Shown: positions 36,741 through 50,643 of the stretch, one piece after another
How positions within the stretch are numbered: position 1 is the stretch's first letter
Layout: every line of letters begins with the position of its first letter
Source: Lama guanicoe
Lineage: Eukaryota
DNA: 64,000 bases
Assembly (NCBI GenBank): GCA_013239625.1
Contig: MU054187.1
Location: 16,756,941-16,820,940 of the forward strand
Reading direction: 5' to 3'
Made by a program: the position numbers and the translations under genes
The notes under the pieces: generated by a model
Told to the model about the DNA's origin: nothing
Seen by the model: only the letters and a program-made list of their open reading frames with translations
Database searches by the model: none

Positions 36741-37247
36741 AGCTTCCTGTTGTACCTGAATCTCTTACCCACCCGGAAGTTACTGGGAGAATTAAATAGG
36801 ACACTTAGCTAGACTGTTACTCATTTATTCATGAAGTTGACAAACATTTCCTGAGTCTCTAGTATGTTCCAAGTCCTAAATCAGGGATGCACGAGGGAGG
36901 TGATGCGGGTGACACAGATGGCTGAAATCAGCTTGGAAATAAATGCTTCTCTAGAAAATTATTCATTTGCTTATCTTAGGCATCTCACAGAGATGTTAAC
37001 ATGAAAGAACTTCAGAGAAATGATTTTTTTAAATTCATGAGAGTTAAATATTTATTATGTACCCAGATCTTTATTTATCTCAGTGGATTTTTTTTAAAGA
37101 ATATATTCCCTGCCTTTAAGAAATGTAGATGTTTATGTGGGTATGTAAAGCATATTAAAAAAGTAACCAAAGGAAAATACTGGAATAAAATTATATAGAT
37201 GAACTAATTATCAATTTTTTAAGGGATGATGGACATTTTTGAGGAAT

Positions 37248-37647
37248 GTGGTATTAGGTCAGATGTTTTGAAAACAGACACTGATAGGGAGAATTATGTG
37301 CAGGAAATTAATTGGGCAGCTCTTTTGAGAATAATAACCTATGAAGCAAGGAAGAAAGCAGGACTGAGGAGGGGGAGAAATCAAAATGAGGTGCATTGGT
37401 TTCAGACAGGACAGCCCTTCAAATATGTCCCCCATGGAGGCCATGAGGCTAGAACTCTGGACCCTGCATCACCCAGTCCTGGGTGTGAACTGCCTCCGAG
37501 AAGAGGGTATGGATGTGGGTAAAGTGGCCCCCTTTGGTGGCGGTAACTCCCAAGGACGTTGTCATCTTGGAGGCACCATCAGCCTCAAGGTGGTGGAGGG
37601 AGTGAGTTCTTCAGCTCTGCAGGGTGGAGTCTGAACAGCGACTCACA
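37248..37647 (-). mobile_element. LTR16-like ERVL solo LTR
   Basis: AAACAGACACTGATAGGGAGAATTATGTGCAGGAAATTAATTGGG...GAAAGCAGGACTGAGGAGGGGGAGAA matches antisense LTR16. Confidence 0.65.
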
Positions 37648-37952
37648 TTGACTGGAAGAGCACTGGTTACTTAAGCATCCTCATGGTTCCCTCAACCTAA
37701 CTTTCTGGCCATCTCTCACACAGACCCATCTTGCCCATCAACGCTTATCCTGTGGTGTTCTCACTCAACTCTCTCCACCCCCGCCGCCCGCTACCTCGGC
37801 AAGCTAACGTCTTCCTGGAACACATCTCACATCTCTCCTGCTAAGCTTTTTTTCACTTGCCTGTACTCTCCTGGCCCATCTTCTTCACAATTCTTGGCCA
37901 ACTCGATAGTTTACAACTGAATTGAAGTACCATTTTTCTTATGAAAACATCT

Positions 37953-38090
37953 CAGTTGGGCTTCTCAGACTTGAATGTGCTTATAAATCACAAGCTCTGG
38001 GCATCTGCTGAAATGCAGATGCTGGTTCTCCGGGTCTCAAAGTGGAGTCTGAGTTTTTGCATCTCTAACAGTGACCCTGCTGATGGTCAT
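37953..38090. mobile_element. MER5B-like element
   Basis: CTTCTCAGACTTGAATGTGCTTATAAATCAC...AAATGCAGATGCTGGTTC...TGCATCTCTAACA. Confidence 0.75.
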
Positions 38091-40899
38091 TGAAGAGACC
38101 TATCTTACTTCCGTAGCCTTTTAGCTGTAGCATCTCTTATCGTATGTAACTGATCCTTTCGTAGAGAGCCATTATTTTGCATTAATAGAAGTTAATTCAT
38201 TAATTAAAGCACAGGCTCCTTTACATTATAGTCGTTGCATCTGATGTTTTAATGTATGTTTCACAGCACTTCACATAGTGCCGGTGTGTATCAAGGTGAC
38301 CACGTGAGTTTTCAGGGTTTTGCAGTGTTATGACCACTGGATGAGAAACACTATTAGCAGTGACCTTTTTTGAGGGTCAGTGAAGCTGTCTTGGATCTGC
38401 TCCTCCCTGACCCCAAATAGCAGAAGTTCTACATCCCTACTGAGGAACTCTGGAATACTTGGTTGTGTAGTTGAGCTGACCGTATATGGTACCAGGTTAG
38501 GGAAAAGACATCACATCTCTACTAATGCTCAAGGACACAGAAAATAAAAGTAATTGTAACTAAGATGCAGATGTTCTTAACTTTCCATATTATAATCCTA
38601 GCTTCCAAAGAACGGTGAGCTAATACATCCAAGGATACCTGTTAATGGGCCTTTCTTCTTCTTGTTGAGAAGGAAACACATTGTTTCTGCAAAGCATCAA
38701 CTGAAGCATGGTTTCAAGTCTATCTCTAGGTAACACCTGACACCAATATTTGATTGCCCGCCATAACCTGGTGGCTATTCTAATTTTCTTACTCTGATTA
38801 ATTCCATCTCCCTGTTTTAAGTCCCTGTATACCATCCATATACTCTTATTATTTTATTGCCTTACTCTCAGTAAAAAATGCAGACCAGGAACTATAACCC
38901 TTTCCTCTACTGATTTTAAATAAATTAATCAGAACGGGTCATTGCATAATCTAGAAATCCTATGCGTTGGGGATAAACACGTTGAAACTTCTCATTAGAT
39001 GATGGCAAGTTGGGAGTTTGTTGCTGCATGTGTGTTCATTCATGATGCACGTGTCACGACTGCCAGGCTCGGGCCACTGCCCAGGTGGATGCTCTGCTTT
39101 TGTGATCATTATAACTTTATATGTATTGGCGCAAAGCTATTGGTATGCAAACTATGAAAGAATTCTAAAGATGTTTTCCAGTGTGCTTCAAGTTCATTGG
39201 AAAGCCAGAAGAGTTCATATTAAATATTTGATGAGGTACAATTATTTGAAAGAACTCTAATGAGCCCTTTTAGTCAAAGACTACAGAATTGTGATGAGCA
39301 TTTCTTGTTACTGGTTGACAGCATGTATACTCATAAATTGGGTATTTTGTTGGAAACTTGAGCAGCAAGCCAAGCCGTGCACATTGATGTTATTACCCAA
39401 ATCAAATATGTTTAAAGAGACTGGGTTAGCAGAGTCTCAATATTAAAAGGCTATGGTTGACTTTTTCTCTTGGTCTTCATTTCTGTATCTCTTTGTAATT
39501 GATTAATGTTCATTGGTAGAGTAAGTATGAATAATTTATGATTCACATAGCTGCTGGCTTATTAATTGTTTAATTTCAGAGAAAGTAACTATATATTAAG
39601 GAAATTCAAGTTGTCACTCTGAGCAGCCAAGTGAATTTATACCCTTTGTCACTGCATAGTCCAGAAATAGTTAGTATATCAGATGGATGCTCTGTATTTC
39701 CTACAGTGCTTAAGAAGAAGAATATTAATGACATGCTGAAGAGATTTTTAAAAGCAAAAAGGAGCAACTAATTTGGCATGGGCAAGACCTGTGTGCTCTG
39801 GGGCACCCCCCTCCCTTTATGCATTTTATTCTGCTTCAGTGATTCTATGTAATGTGCCAGCCATAAAATGAAGTTAATTGATGAATGGTGCTTATTGTTT
39901 AGAAGAAAACATAATTAAATACAGAAAAGAAAGTTGTAATTAACTTTAGGTATGTTACAATTGCTTTGGAATTTGGGCAAGTTGATTTTAGTCTTGAGAA
40001 ATTACAATAAAAGACATATAATATGTGATAAATTTTCTTCCTTTAACCAACAGGCATGGAAAAACACTGCTGTCTGAGAAAAATACATACTATTCTCATC
40101 ATGGCTGGTAATGAGTACCTTGGTCTCTACATTTATTGCTGAAAACCAAAGGCTGACATAAATCATATTTAAAATAAATGTTGACTGTCTTCCTTTGTAT
40201 GGTAGAATGTTTTCAAATGAATCTAAAAGATGAAAGTTTTAACCAGCGTTAAAATGATCTTCAATGAAGTTGAAGAATACACATTTGAAACTTCTCCCTT
40301 CCTAAAACATAACTTTTAGTCTTATATATTTAAGGATAGAATTTTGAGAAATGGTCCATACAACCAATTATGTCCATCTTTAAAATATTTTGGCTGTGTG
40401 GGAAAAGTCAGTTTCACATTAGGAAGTGGGGGTAATACTTTTCCCAAAGGGGAGGTGTGTTTGGGTATGGGAGGGGAAGAAATAGAACACATTTAATGAT
40501 TTATCCTTTGCCTCATTTGTTTCGTACACTTAGCCCAAATTATTTCACAGCCCTTGATGAGCTGCATGGAGACCTCAGTGCCAAGCTGTGGAAGGGAGCC
40601 AGAGCTTAATGGTAGTGCTTTGGTAAATATTCCTGCTTTCAGGTTACTCACGCTAGTTCATGCTTTCACTTTAGTGAATGGGGAAGAAAGAGGATAAGAG
40701 AATGAGATGTGATCTTGTAAAACGAAAGGAGAAAACAACAAAATAATACACGTATGGAGAAAGGAGGGATGAACAGCATATGAGTCATCTTGGTCCTGTG
40801 TGAACAGGTCTCACATTTCCTGGTAGACTGTGCACTCCTTAAGGGCATGGTGGCCCATGTTTAATTTAGCTTTAGATAATATATTTTTTGCATGAATAA

Positions 40900-41490
40900 A
40901 ATATGGTCTGGGGCTGACATACGCTTAGATCTCCAGTGTCATATCTAAATCATTTCTCCTTCACCTAATGTTAGATGCCCTGCCTCTTACTGTCCTCTCT
41001 TATGTTAAGGAATATTCTCCATTTCTTGCACGCCCAGTGTCCTTCTTTACACATTAACGTAAAAATTAAGTCCTTCTTATTGCTCTTTTGCTCAAGGCTA
41101 AACTTTGCGTTGGTGCCACCGATTGCCTTCTGCAGAGTGTCGCTCTGTCATTTATTTCCTCTCTTACTCGAAGGACTTTTCCGTCTCTTGTGGCTACTTC
41201 TCAGCTTAATAACAAGCGCACGGCTCAACCACAATGAAATAATCAAGCAAAAAAATTAATAAAGCCATCTACTTTGAACAGGCACCCAACATCATCTCTC
41301 CTCTTACTGGATCACTTGATGCTTTTAAGAAAGTCATGACTTTGTCTCCATTTTCTTCCTTCACATTTGTTTCTCATTGGATTGCAAACTGATTTTATTC
41401 TTACCGACGTGTTAACAAAGATCACCCATGACTTCTAGATTCACAAATCCAGCGGTTGCTCTTTCAGCCCTATGTTCCTGGATCTTTTTG
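40900..41490 (+). mobile_element. Degenerate L2 internal fragment
   Basis: AACAAAGATCACCCATGACTTC...AAATCCAGCGGTTGCTCTTTCAGCCC resembles L2 ORF2. Confidence 0.45.
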
Positions 41491-41874
41491 GCTAAACTTG
41501 GTATTTGGATTTTCTTATTTTTAGATTTTTAAAAAACTTACAAATGAGGCACAATTTTTTTTTCTTTCTTTGAAAGCCAAGTGTATATTTTATTTGACTG
41601 CCCTTGAGCTGTCTTTTCTCATTTATGCATGAGTGGCACATTGTAATCAATAGGAAGATCGGGAGAGTTTTTAAAGCTTTACCTTGATGGCATTTTCTAG
41701 TCACTAATGCTATTCTGTGGAAGCTGTCAGCATCAACTGGCAGGCACCAAGGACAGTCCTGGGATGTGAGTTACACAGCAGACAAACTGGTCTTGCTGGA
41801 GAATAGGGCTTATATTAAGGCATCTTGGAAGATGGATCTGGAGAACTAGGTTCCAGCAAGTTGGAAAATGCTTT

Positions 41875-42080
41875 TGAATGATGGTTAAGTACGTGGACTT
41901 TGGCATCTCCTAGTCCTGGCTAGGAATCCTTTCTGCCACCTCCAAGCTATATGACTTTAGGAAAATTATTTATATTCTATAAAAATGAGATTATATTCAT
42001 ATAACCTACTGGAATTGTTATAAAGATGAAGCAACATATACATCCAAGTCATAAGCACCGTGCCTAGCATTTGGTAAGCA
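41875..42080 (+). mobile_element. MIR SINE
   Basis: ATGGTTAAGTACGTGGACTTTGG...AGCTATATGACTTTAGG...AGCACCGTGCCTAGCAT. Confidence 0.8.
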
Positions 42081-45000
42081 GGTGGGCACTGGGGAATCAG
42101 CGAATGGCTTTGAGAGAGGGCGAGACAGGACCGGAAGTAGACCATAGACACATCCATTTGGCAGCGACTGTTTTGGCTGCAGGAGGCGGGAGAGGATTGG
42201 AGGAAGGAATTTATGACACAGTGCTCTGCAGAATGGCTCCACTGCACAAAACAAAATATACCTCTGAGGTGTATTGTAATGGGTACCGCTAAGGCATTCT
42301 TAATAAATGTTTGGTAAGGATGAGTTCATTCTTTCCATCATGAGCAAAGTTTATTAAATTATCATAAAGTAGTGGAACATCATTAAATCTACAGTACACA
42401 AACCGAAAACAGTTACAAAAACATTCAAGAATTTTGTTTACCAAGAAAATAAAATCTGAGTATAAAGTAAATGATTCTGTTCAAAATAAGGCAGGGGTAC
42501 CTTTATTTTTCCTACATGTTGGCAAAAATCTGGGCATTTTAGGGAACTGTTCTCCTTTTGGTCACTTGGCACTGAATTATCATTTATTCTTCCTGCCCAC
42601 TGCACATTTTATCTGAGTCATACAGCCATGCTGAATGAAGATACGTTATTTTAGGAACAATCTGAGAAAAATATGTAAATCGGTTTGGGTAATGTTTGAA
42701 AAAATTAACTTTCACAGTTACGTAGTAGCTCACCAAAGCACCTCACATTTTTTTTCAAACACTCATTTGATGCAATAAAAAATATTGTCTGTTCTATAAT
42801 CTCTATTTATCACCAAATGTTTTCATTTGTCATTACTGTAAACAGGGGTTTGGTGGAGACATTTATTTTCCATGGGTTTTCTTCTTCCTTTTCTACAACT
42901 TTAGGAGTGGAGAAGGACGATCATGCTTGATGCACCCTGGGGGCTGGCTAGAATCCAGGTGATACCCCGAGAAAAGCAAAGCCAACAAATGCAGATTTGT
43001 GCTACCCTTACCAGGAAGCACAGGATGCCACAGCATCGTCCATCTCACTGGCTGTGTGGTACTTACTGCCTTCCTATTCCTTTCAGGTCAGAATTTCTCA
43101 GTTGCTTTTGCTGCCCATTGTACATTGTATGTGTACTTCAAGGCCAAGTTGGAATTGCATACTTTTCCCTTTAGCTAAATGTAGAGAAAAATATGTAAAT
43201 TAGTTTGACTAACATTTAAAGACATTTATTCCCACACTTAGAGCTTTTTCATAGGTGGTTTCTGCCCTTGTATTTTCCCTCCTACAAACAATACAAATTA
43301 ATTTTATAATGAGATGGAAAGGTCAATATGTCTTTTTTTTGCAAAGGTTTGCTGTGCCTTTTTGACGTGTTCAAAAATAAATCCAACAAAGTACAAGCTA
43401 CAATTTTACTATACCAGTGTTTTTATATTAAGGAAAGATAAGCTAACAGTACAAAAACATTTTACTATAGCACAAACTTTTCATTTTTTATTCCTTCTTT
43501 GTTATGATGTTTAGGAGGAAAATGAGTATCTAATGAAATCTTATTTCACCAAAACTCAAGTCAGTTGGAGTGGTGGACATCCCAGTGGAGTTCTCCTGTA
43601 ACTCAGAGGTTTTGAAATTGAACTTTAGAGATCTCTTCAGATTGCCATGAAGAAAGGGAGGAAATCTAAATTCATTGTAAAAGAATTCTAAGGTTTAAAA
43701 GATACTTTTTGAATGCCATTCATTTAGTAGACTGTACATCTAGGGAGATGAACAGACTGCAGTGCAGGCAAACATTGTTTAAAAATTCCAAATAAGCATG
43801 CATTTCTAAAATTACTGAAGGAACTTTTTCAATTCAAATGATGTTTTACTACCATGTTTCATTTCAAAAAAGTTTTTGAGAGTCTTTTTAAAAAATAACA
43901 AATTAGATCATTTCAAAATAACTTTTTATGGATTTTCAAGTAATTGAGTTTCGTAAATCAGTGAGCTTCCATGAACTAATGTACCTTTGCTGAGCTCCAA
44001 ATTGATTTTTTCCCCTCACTGAGATGCTATATTTAGACCATCTTCTGTATTTTGGATATACTGCTATCTTATTGAATCATTATGCCTCATCAAACGATTT
44101 TTTAAAAATTTTCCTAAAATTGGCTAATAGCATGTTATTAGGAGCAATTTTTATGTGAAAGCAAATAAGTATCTGTCTGTAAAACCAACTTTTGTCATTT
44201 GATGAGAATCTTCCAAGGATTTTGAAAATTGTAGCAAATGATCAAATGCATTAATATTTTAAAGATCATTATAGAATTTTAGCACCACAGCATAAAACCT
44301 GTATATGAGAAACTGATAGGTTTCCCCTACATCACTTTTTCTGCCATTGGCATCTTCTGTCTCTCTGCTCATCAATGTTCTCCTAACATGGGGAACAAGA
44401 AGGTGGGTGACCCAGAGGGAAAGAGGCGACCTGGTGAGCTCTTCAGTCCTTGGAGCACCTGTTATCCATGGATTTCAGAGCACTTAATCCTATTTGATGG
44501 TCTTGTGAGTTAAGAAGTGTTTCACTACTTGGCTGTGAGCTTGTCATGGGTTTCCAGCACATTATTGGAAAATACAACCCCTGGGCTATTTTTCTGACTC
44601 CTGGGTCAATGTTCAGGTCAAGAGATGACACTTGAGCCTTGGCTGACAGAAGGATTGGGAGCTGATGGTTAATAGTACTAGTCATTGATCTCACTTCCTG
44701 TTTATTCATATGTACAAAACCTGCAAAATAAAATATTCCCATGCTGCATGATCCTGGTGGATGGAGAATTATGATCTTTTCTCATGGAAATAGGAATAAT
44801 TTAAGGACCACATGATTTTGCTATGAACCACTGAAGTCAAAGAAAAGTACAGAAATAACTAAAAAAAGCCTTGTGATAAAATATAATTTGGGGGAACTAT
44901 GGTAGGGCATAAACCACTTATGAGATATTTATAAACTTTTGACTTTGTAAAGCAACTTTGCACTTGACTGTGTTTATTAGTGAATGGGAATTTATTTCCC

Positions 45001-45884
45001 CATATTGAATGAGCATTTCTTGGCAGGCAAACTGTGCACAAGCTACAATGAGCTTCAATGAAGTGCTTTCACATTCCCTTCCCACTGAGTTGAAAGCCTT
45101 CTCATGCTCTCTCAAGAGTGTTTCTTTTCCCATGGAGGATGGCTTTGTTGAAAATTGCTTCCTCTTCTCTTGATTATTGAATCAGATATTATATTCAGGT
45201 CTTCAATACTTTATAGAATGTTGGTAAAAAATGAAATATAATGAGTGTGTCTTTGCTATATTTTGAAGGCTATGTAGATTCAGCTCTAAAGAATTTAGTG
45301 GGGCAAAGCCAAGATTGGAAGAGGGATATTGTTTAACCGAATTTTCCCTTTTTCTCTAACTGCTCCCCCCACACCCCTGCCTCCACTATTATGATACACT
45401 TCCTTTCCAGTATTTTCTTTGTATTTCAATAGCCAGAGTCAGCCCTCAGCACCCTTATGTCTCTTTTGAGTATACCCATTTACTCCAATCCAGGGGACTC
45501 AGGAGACCATGGAGACCAAAGGTAATTTGCTATAATCCCCAAACAGCCAAAGTTCTATATTCTAGATTTTTATTTTCTTTTTCTTCCTTCTTTATTCACC
45601 ATTAATATTAACCTGGTCTTAGAACATCATTAAGCTACTAAGAAAGAAACAATGAAATTAAAGCACCTGAGATGAATATAAAAAGTGTTACCCTTTTCGC
45701 ATTTCAATTCATAGTGTCAAAAGAGTCAAAAGTAACTTTTAACGTATTTCAGCTATGCGACTTCATAGTTATCCTGCATATCATGAAAAATATGAGCCAA
45801 ATCTCATCACAGTTATGCTCTAATATTTTTGCTGTCTGGGCAGGCAAACTGTAACCATTTCACTTCATCTATTCATGAACAGTT

Positions 45885-46005
45885 GAGTGTAGCTGTTAGG
45901 TCTTCAACTCTGGAGCCAAGATTTTTCATCTATAAAGTGAAGATTGGGTTGCTGTGTTAAATGAGTTTATAAATATAGGGTTCGTTATATAGTAATGCTA
46001 AGTAA
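45885..46005 (+). mobile_element. MIR SINE (internally deleted)
   Basis: CTCTGGAGCCAAGA joined to TTTTTCATCTATAAAGTG. Confidence 0.55.
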
Positions 46006-46007
46006 GT

Positions 46008-46166
46008 CATTCATGATCAAAGATTTATTGAGCTCTTACTATGTGCCATAATGGTGACTTTGTAATGCTAACAGTATTGGAGGACAGATATTAATTCAAT
46101 AATCACTTAAGTAAATAGAATTCTAAATTGTGATAAACATGTCAATTAAAATGCAGGAAAGTAAGA
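46008..46166 (-). mobile_element. L2 3' end (left part of an L2 interrupted by L1)
   Basis: CATTCATGATCAAAGATTTATTGAGCTCTTACTATGTGCCA tail. Confidence 0.7.
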
Positions 46167-46777
46167 AATAGAGTTGATGAGAATGTAATTTGGTGCAGTC
46201 ACTATGGAAAACACTATGGAGGTTCCTTAAAAAACTAAAAATAGACTTATCATATGATCCAGCAATCCCACCCCTGGTCACATTTCTTGAAAAGATGAAA
46301 ACTCTAATTCAAAAAGATATAAGGACCACAGTGTTCATAGCAGCACTATTTACAACAGCCAAGACATGGAAGCAGCCTAAATGTTCATCAACAAATGACT
46401 GGATAAAGAAGATGTGGTATATTTATACAATGGAATACTATTCAGACATAAAAATGACAACATAATGCCATTTGCAGCTACATGGATGTTCCTGGAGAAT
46501 GTCATTCTAAGTGAAGTAAGCCAGAGGAGAAATAAAAATACCACATGATATCACTTATCTGGGGAATCTTAAAAAATGATACAAATGAACTTATTCACAA
46601 AACAGAAACAGACTTAACAGATAAAGAAAAAATCTTATGGTTACTAAAGGGGAAAGAGGGAGGGATAAATTAGGAGTTTGAGATGAACAAATACACACCA
46701 CTATGTATAAAATAGATAAACAGCAAAGACCTACTGTAGAGCTTGGGGAAGTATATTTAATATAAAAAAATGTTGAT
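46167..46777 (+). mobile_element. L1 fragment: ORF2 C-terminus plus partial 3' UTR
   Basis: ORF 46190-46465 ([23 protein letters not shown]...FIAALFTTAKTWKQPKC...WIKKMWYIYTMEYY) is the L1 ORF2p C-terminus; the L1 3' UTR follows. Confidence 0.95.
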
Positions 46778-46789
46778 GGAAAGTAAGAC

Positions 46790-48005
46790 TGAAAAATAAA
46801 AAAAATTGATTGATTTTGGTGGGAATGGTAAGTCTTCAGTGAAGAAGAAACATTTGAACTGAGATCTAAAGAGTTATAAGAGATCATCAGTTTAGGAGTG
46901 GGAAGAGAATTCTAGAAAGAGATCTTGCCAAAGTTAGAGAAGCGGACATTGATACTTAAGTATCTGAGAGAATGGGAGGGAAGTGGCTCAGCGGAAGGAC
47001 ATCATCTATTTAACAAGGAGATAATGGGACAAATGCAGGCAAGTTCATAGGTTTGATGTCAGGGAGTTTCCTCTGCCTGCATCTACTTACTCCGTGTTGC
47101 AGAAGGTTATAAGCTGACTGCTGAGAGTAGCAGTTGTCTGTGAGGCTGCTGGCGGTTTGAGGACAATGCGGAAGGTTTGAGACCTTTGTGTGGAGAACAG
47201 GCACATGGCTTGACCAATGAATACGGTACAATTAGCAGAAAGTATTGAGAGTTCCATTAAAATCTGTGACTTGAGTATTTATATAAAGGTGTCATTATTT
47301 CCTGTTTGCTTTTCTCTAGCAGGACTCAGATGCCTGACCTTATGGCTGGAAAAGGAAGACTAGTGGGACCACCTGAATCTGGGATCTTTAAAATGGGTGA
47401 AGTGAAAAGACAGAGGAGAAGTTATTAGAAATGCAAGGGTTAGAATCATGTTCCGTAAGATCTTAACTTGGTAGAGAGGGAGGTGAAGTTATAGAGGGAC
47501 TAATTATAGAAAGATACTAAAGGATAAACAAATTGAAGTTTCTATTTGTAATGAGTTCTAGGGTTTAATGGTAATTAAAAAATAAAAGGAAAGCTGGTAG
47601 CTGTCAAAGGGCAGGATTCTTATAATACCAATATTAAGATTGGAAATGTTTTAGAGGTGACAAGATCAAGGGTTTGTCTAGAAAAGTGAGTAACCAAAGA
47701 AGGTTTTTGGTAATGAGAATTTAAAGGAATTGAGAGGCCAGATTTTGGGATGAGTTGTCCATGTGGCTTTTAAAATCTCCTAGAGTGATGGCAGAAATTG
47801 TTATGAATGAAGGAATTGTGAGTTAAGTGCTAAGATTCGAACAAATGTGGGGGCTGTGTGGTTGTGCAGGGTCAGGGTAGGGCTGGTTGGGGTCTTGACA
47901 GATGTAATTGTGAGAGTAATTTAAGGAAATAGAATGAGCTTCTAAAAAGCAGAGTTTTTTATTATAAAAGCATAAGGGAATGATTGTTTGGAGATATTGA
48001 CATCA
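46790..48005 (-). mobile_element. L2 LINE, long degenerate fragment
   Basis: AACATTTGAACTGAGATCTAAAG, AGGGAGTTTCCTCTG, GGAATTGAGAGGCCAGA, GTGAGTTAAGTGCTAAG; purine-rich antisense L2 ORF2 signature. Confidence 0.65.
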
Positions 48006-50643
48006 ACAGTTCATAAAGGAGAAAGCAATTTTGTAACTCTGCTTTTTAAAGAAAGTATGTTTTTCATGATTTTCTCATAATTTGTCATTAAAATACGCTC
48101 TTTTGATTTTCACATAATTAAAGGTGGAATGTCAGAGTTGGCTTAGGGCCTAAAATGTCCTTTTAAAACTTGCCTGCTTTTGGAAATTTCAGTATCATTT
48201 AAAGAGCTCTGTTTTATGTACAAACATAAATACACACATATCCACACACACTTTTTTTTTTCTGTAGAAAGAAATGTAGAAATTGCAGGTAGAAACACCA
48301 TCATGTAACTTATCAAATGATACCAGATATTTGAGAGTACACTGATAGTCTGTAAGCACTTAAGGATTAAGAAAATATGTTAGGGTAAACTACGTTGACT
48401 AGAATATTTGAAAAATACAGAGCAAAGATTACGATGAAGTGTGTTAAAATAGTTTCATACAACTTTATCCATGCTCATACATTAGAAAGGTGGTTTAATC
48501 ACCCATATGAAATTACCAGCTTCTCTGTTCGTGAAGCATGGCATTTCAATTGCACAGCCAATAAAAGAATTACATGAAGAGACTGAAATGATTTACTGTA
48601 TGGAAAGCATCAAGACCAAGGTTACCATGGTGAACTACCTTTCTGCACACCCAAGGTCAAGGGAGAGTGACCCATCAATGGGTGACCTTCAGTTGTAACC
48701 TAGTAGGGAATTGCTCTTACAATTGTGGGCTGGGTTCCTTCTTAAATTATAAAGATGACTGTACTGGACCTCTTTCTATTATTTACTTATGTGAATATTA
48801 AATTTTTAATTTAAAAACAGACATTACTGCTAAGAAATTATTAGAAGAACATTGGTATTTTTTAGAACCTCATAAATTGCAGCTGTGTACTGTAATCATT
48901 TCCTGAAAATGTGGGTAGGTCAGGAAATGTTTACACATTTTAAATGTAACTTGAAAGGGATTCCAGTTGTATTGTAGTTTTTAATGTTTAACCAGAATTA
49001 TCTTTATTGTAAATTCTATCTTTATTCCATTGGGAGGGAGAAAGGAAAAGAGTATAAATAGTGTATACATATTATAAAATATTGTTATGCATAATTAATA
49101 CTTTAGAGTATGTCCAAAATTCTGGGAAGTTCATATATTGCTTTTTTTTCAGATATGTTTTGTTGATGCATAGAAAGAAGACTGTACTAATAAATGTCTC
49201 TTGAATTACACATGGTGTAAGAAAATGAAAGCCTTTGGGTTATGAATCTTGGATTTAAAGAGGCAATCATCAAATATTTAAGATGAAAATGCAGTAACAC
49301 ATGCTTGCTGTCATGTGTAAGTTTGGTGAATGTTATGACAAGGTTTTTAAAACATTCATAGTTGGAGTATTTTTATAAAAATATTCATTAAATCAAACAG
49401 ACATTCGTATCTGGCAACCTGCATTTTAATTGTGATTTCTGGCTGCATGAGAAAAATCGGTAAAGCTATGAAAGAATGGGTGGAATATACAGCAGTCGTG
49501 TTTAAATTATACATTATAAGGTATACATATCTGTATGTTGTCATATTATGCATTAAATTTAATGCATAAATCAGATTGTTATAATTCTGATGTCGCCGAA
49601 AGGCACAAAATGTGACAAACAGGAATAGGCATGTAGATATTATCATATTCAATAATTCAATGAGCATTTGTTTTATGTAAATTAACTTTCTGTTAATAAA
49701 AATTATACTCATTTATTACACCACTTCTATACGATAATTAAAAAAATGTCTTTTTTTCCCACTAGAAAATCATTACAAAATGTGAATAATGCATTTGTTT
49801 AATATCTATATAAACAAGATTTTACCATCAGATTAGTTCTGGAAATGAAAGCATTATTGATTTCTGTAATAATTTTTATAATATTTCTACACTGCAATAC
49901 TGAAGTTGCTAATCTCATTTTTGTGAACTCTATGCATTTAAAGCAGTGTTTAAACTTTTAAAAACTAAACAATCTTTGTTTTTGTAGGATCTGTTAGTGT
50001 ACAATTTCTAGAAAAGATACTTTTGGAAGTAGACAGAAAGTAGTGTGAACACCTTAGCACAAAAGTTGAATTCCTCCTCTCAGTACTCTGGTCTCATACC
50101 AATTAAAATAACTAGGAGAGTTAATCCAATCAACTCTTGAGTTCTATATGTAATTTTCCTAAAATCAGTGGGAGTCACATTGGGGAGAAACTCCTAAATG
50201 CCTGCCTTAACACCATAAGTAAGCTATAAAATACCACTTTAAAGGACAACAAATTATAATATCGAAAAAAATCACTGTTTATATTTCTTTTGCAAAAACG
50301 TGATGCAGCATTCTCTAATGGAAGATACGTTTCTCCTCACTTTTGTTACATCATCATAGTTTTGAACACCAAAAGCATTCATTAAAAAAAGTGAGCATGT
50401 CATTTAGATGCTTAAAGTTTTATAATATTGTCATGGATAGATATGCTCTTAAACTTTTCAACTTAGTTTAAATAAACTAGAATTTACCTCTGAAAGAAGA
50501 CTGATCAAGGTAATTTACAAAAAAATGAGGGCACTTCCACACAAACTTTAGGTAGCAAACTTAAGAATAAAAATTAAGAGTATTTAATGTACATTAATTA
50601 GATATATCTATTCTACATTAGCAATGGGACTTCTATAAAATAG

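Noticed and set aside
42130..42138. Perfect ETS site ACCGGAAGT
   Set aside because: An isolated 9-mer with no CpG island or supporting motifs; compatible with chance.
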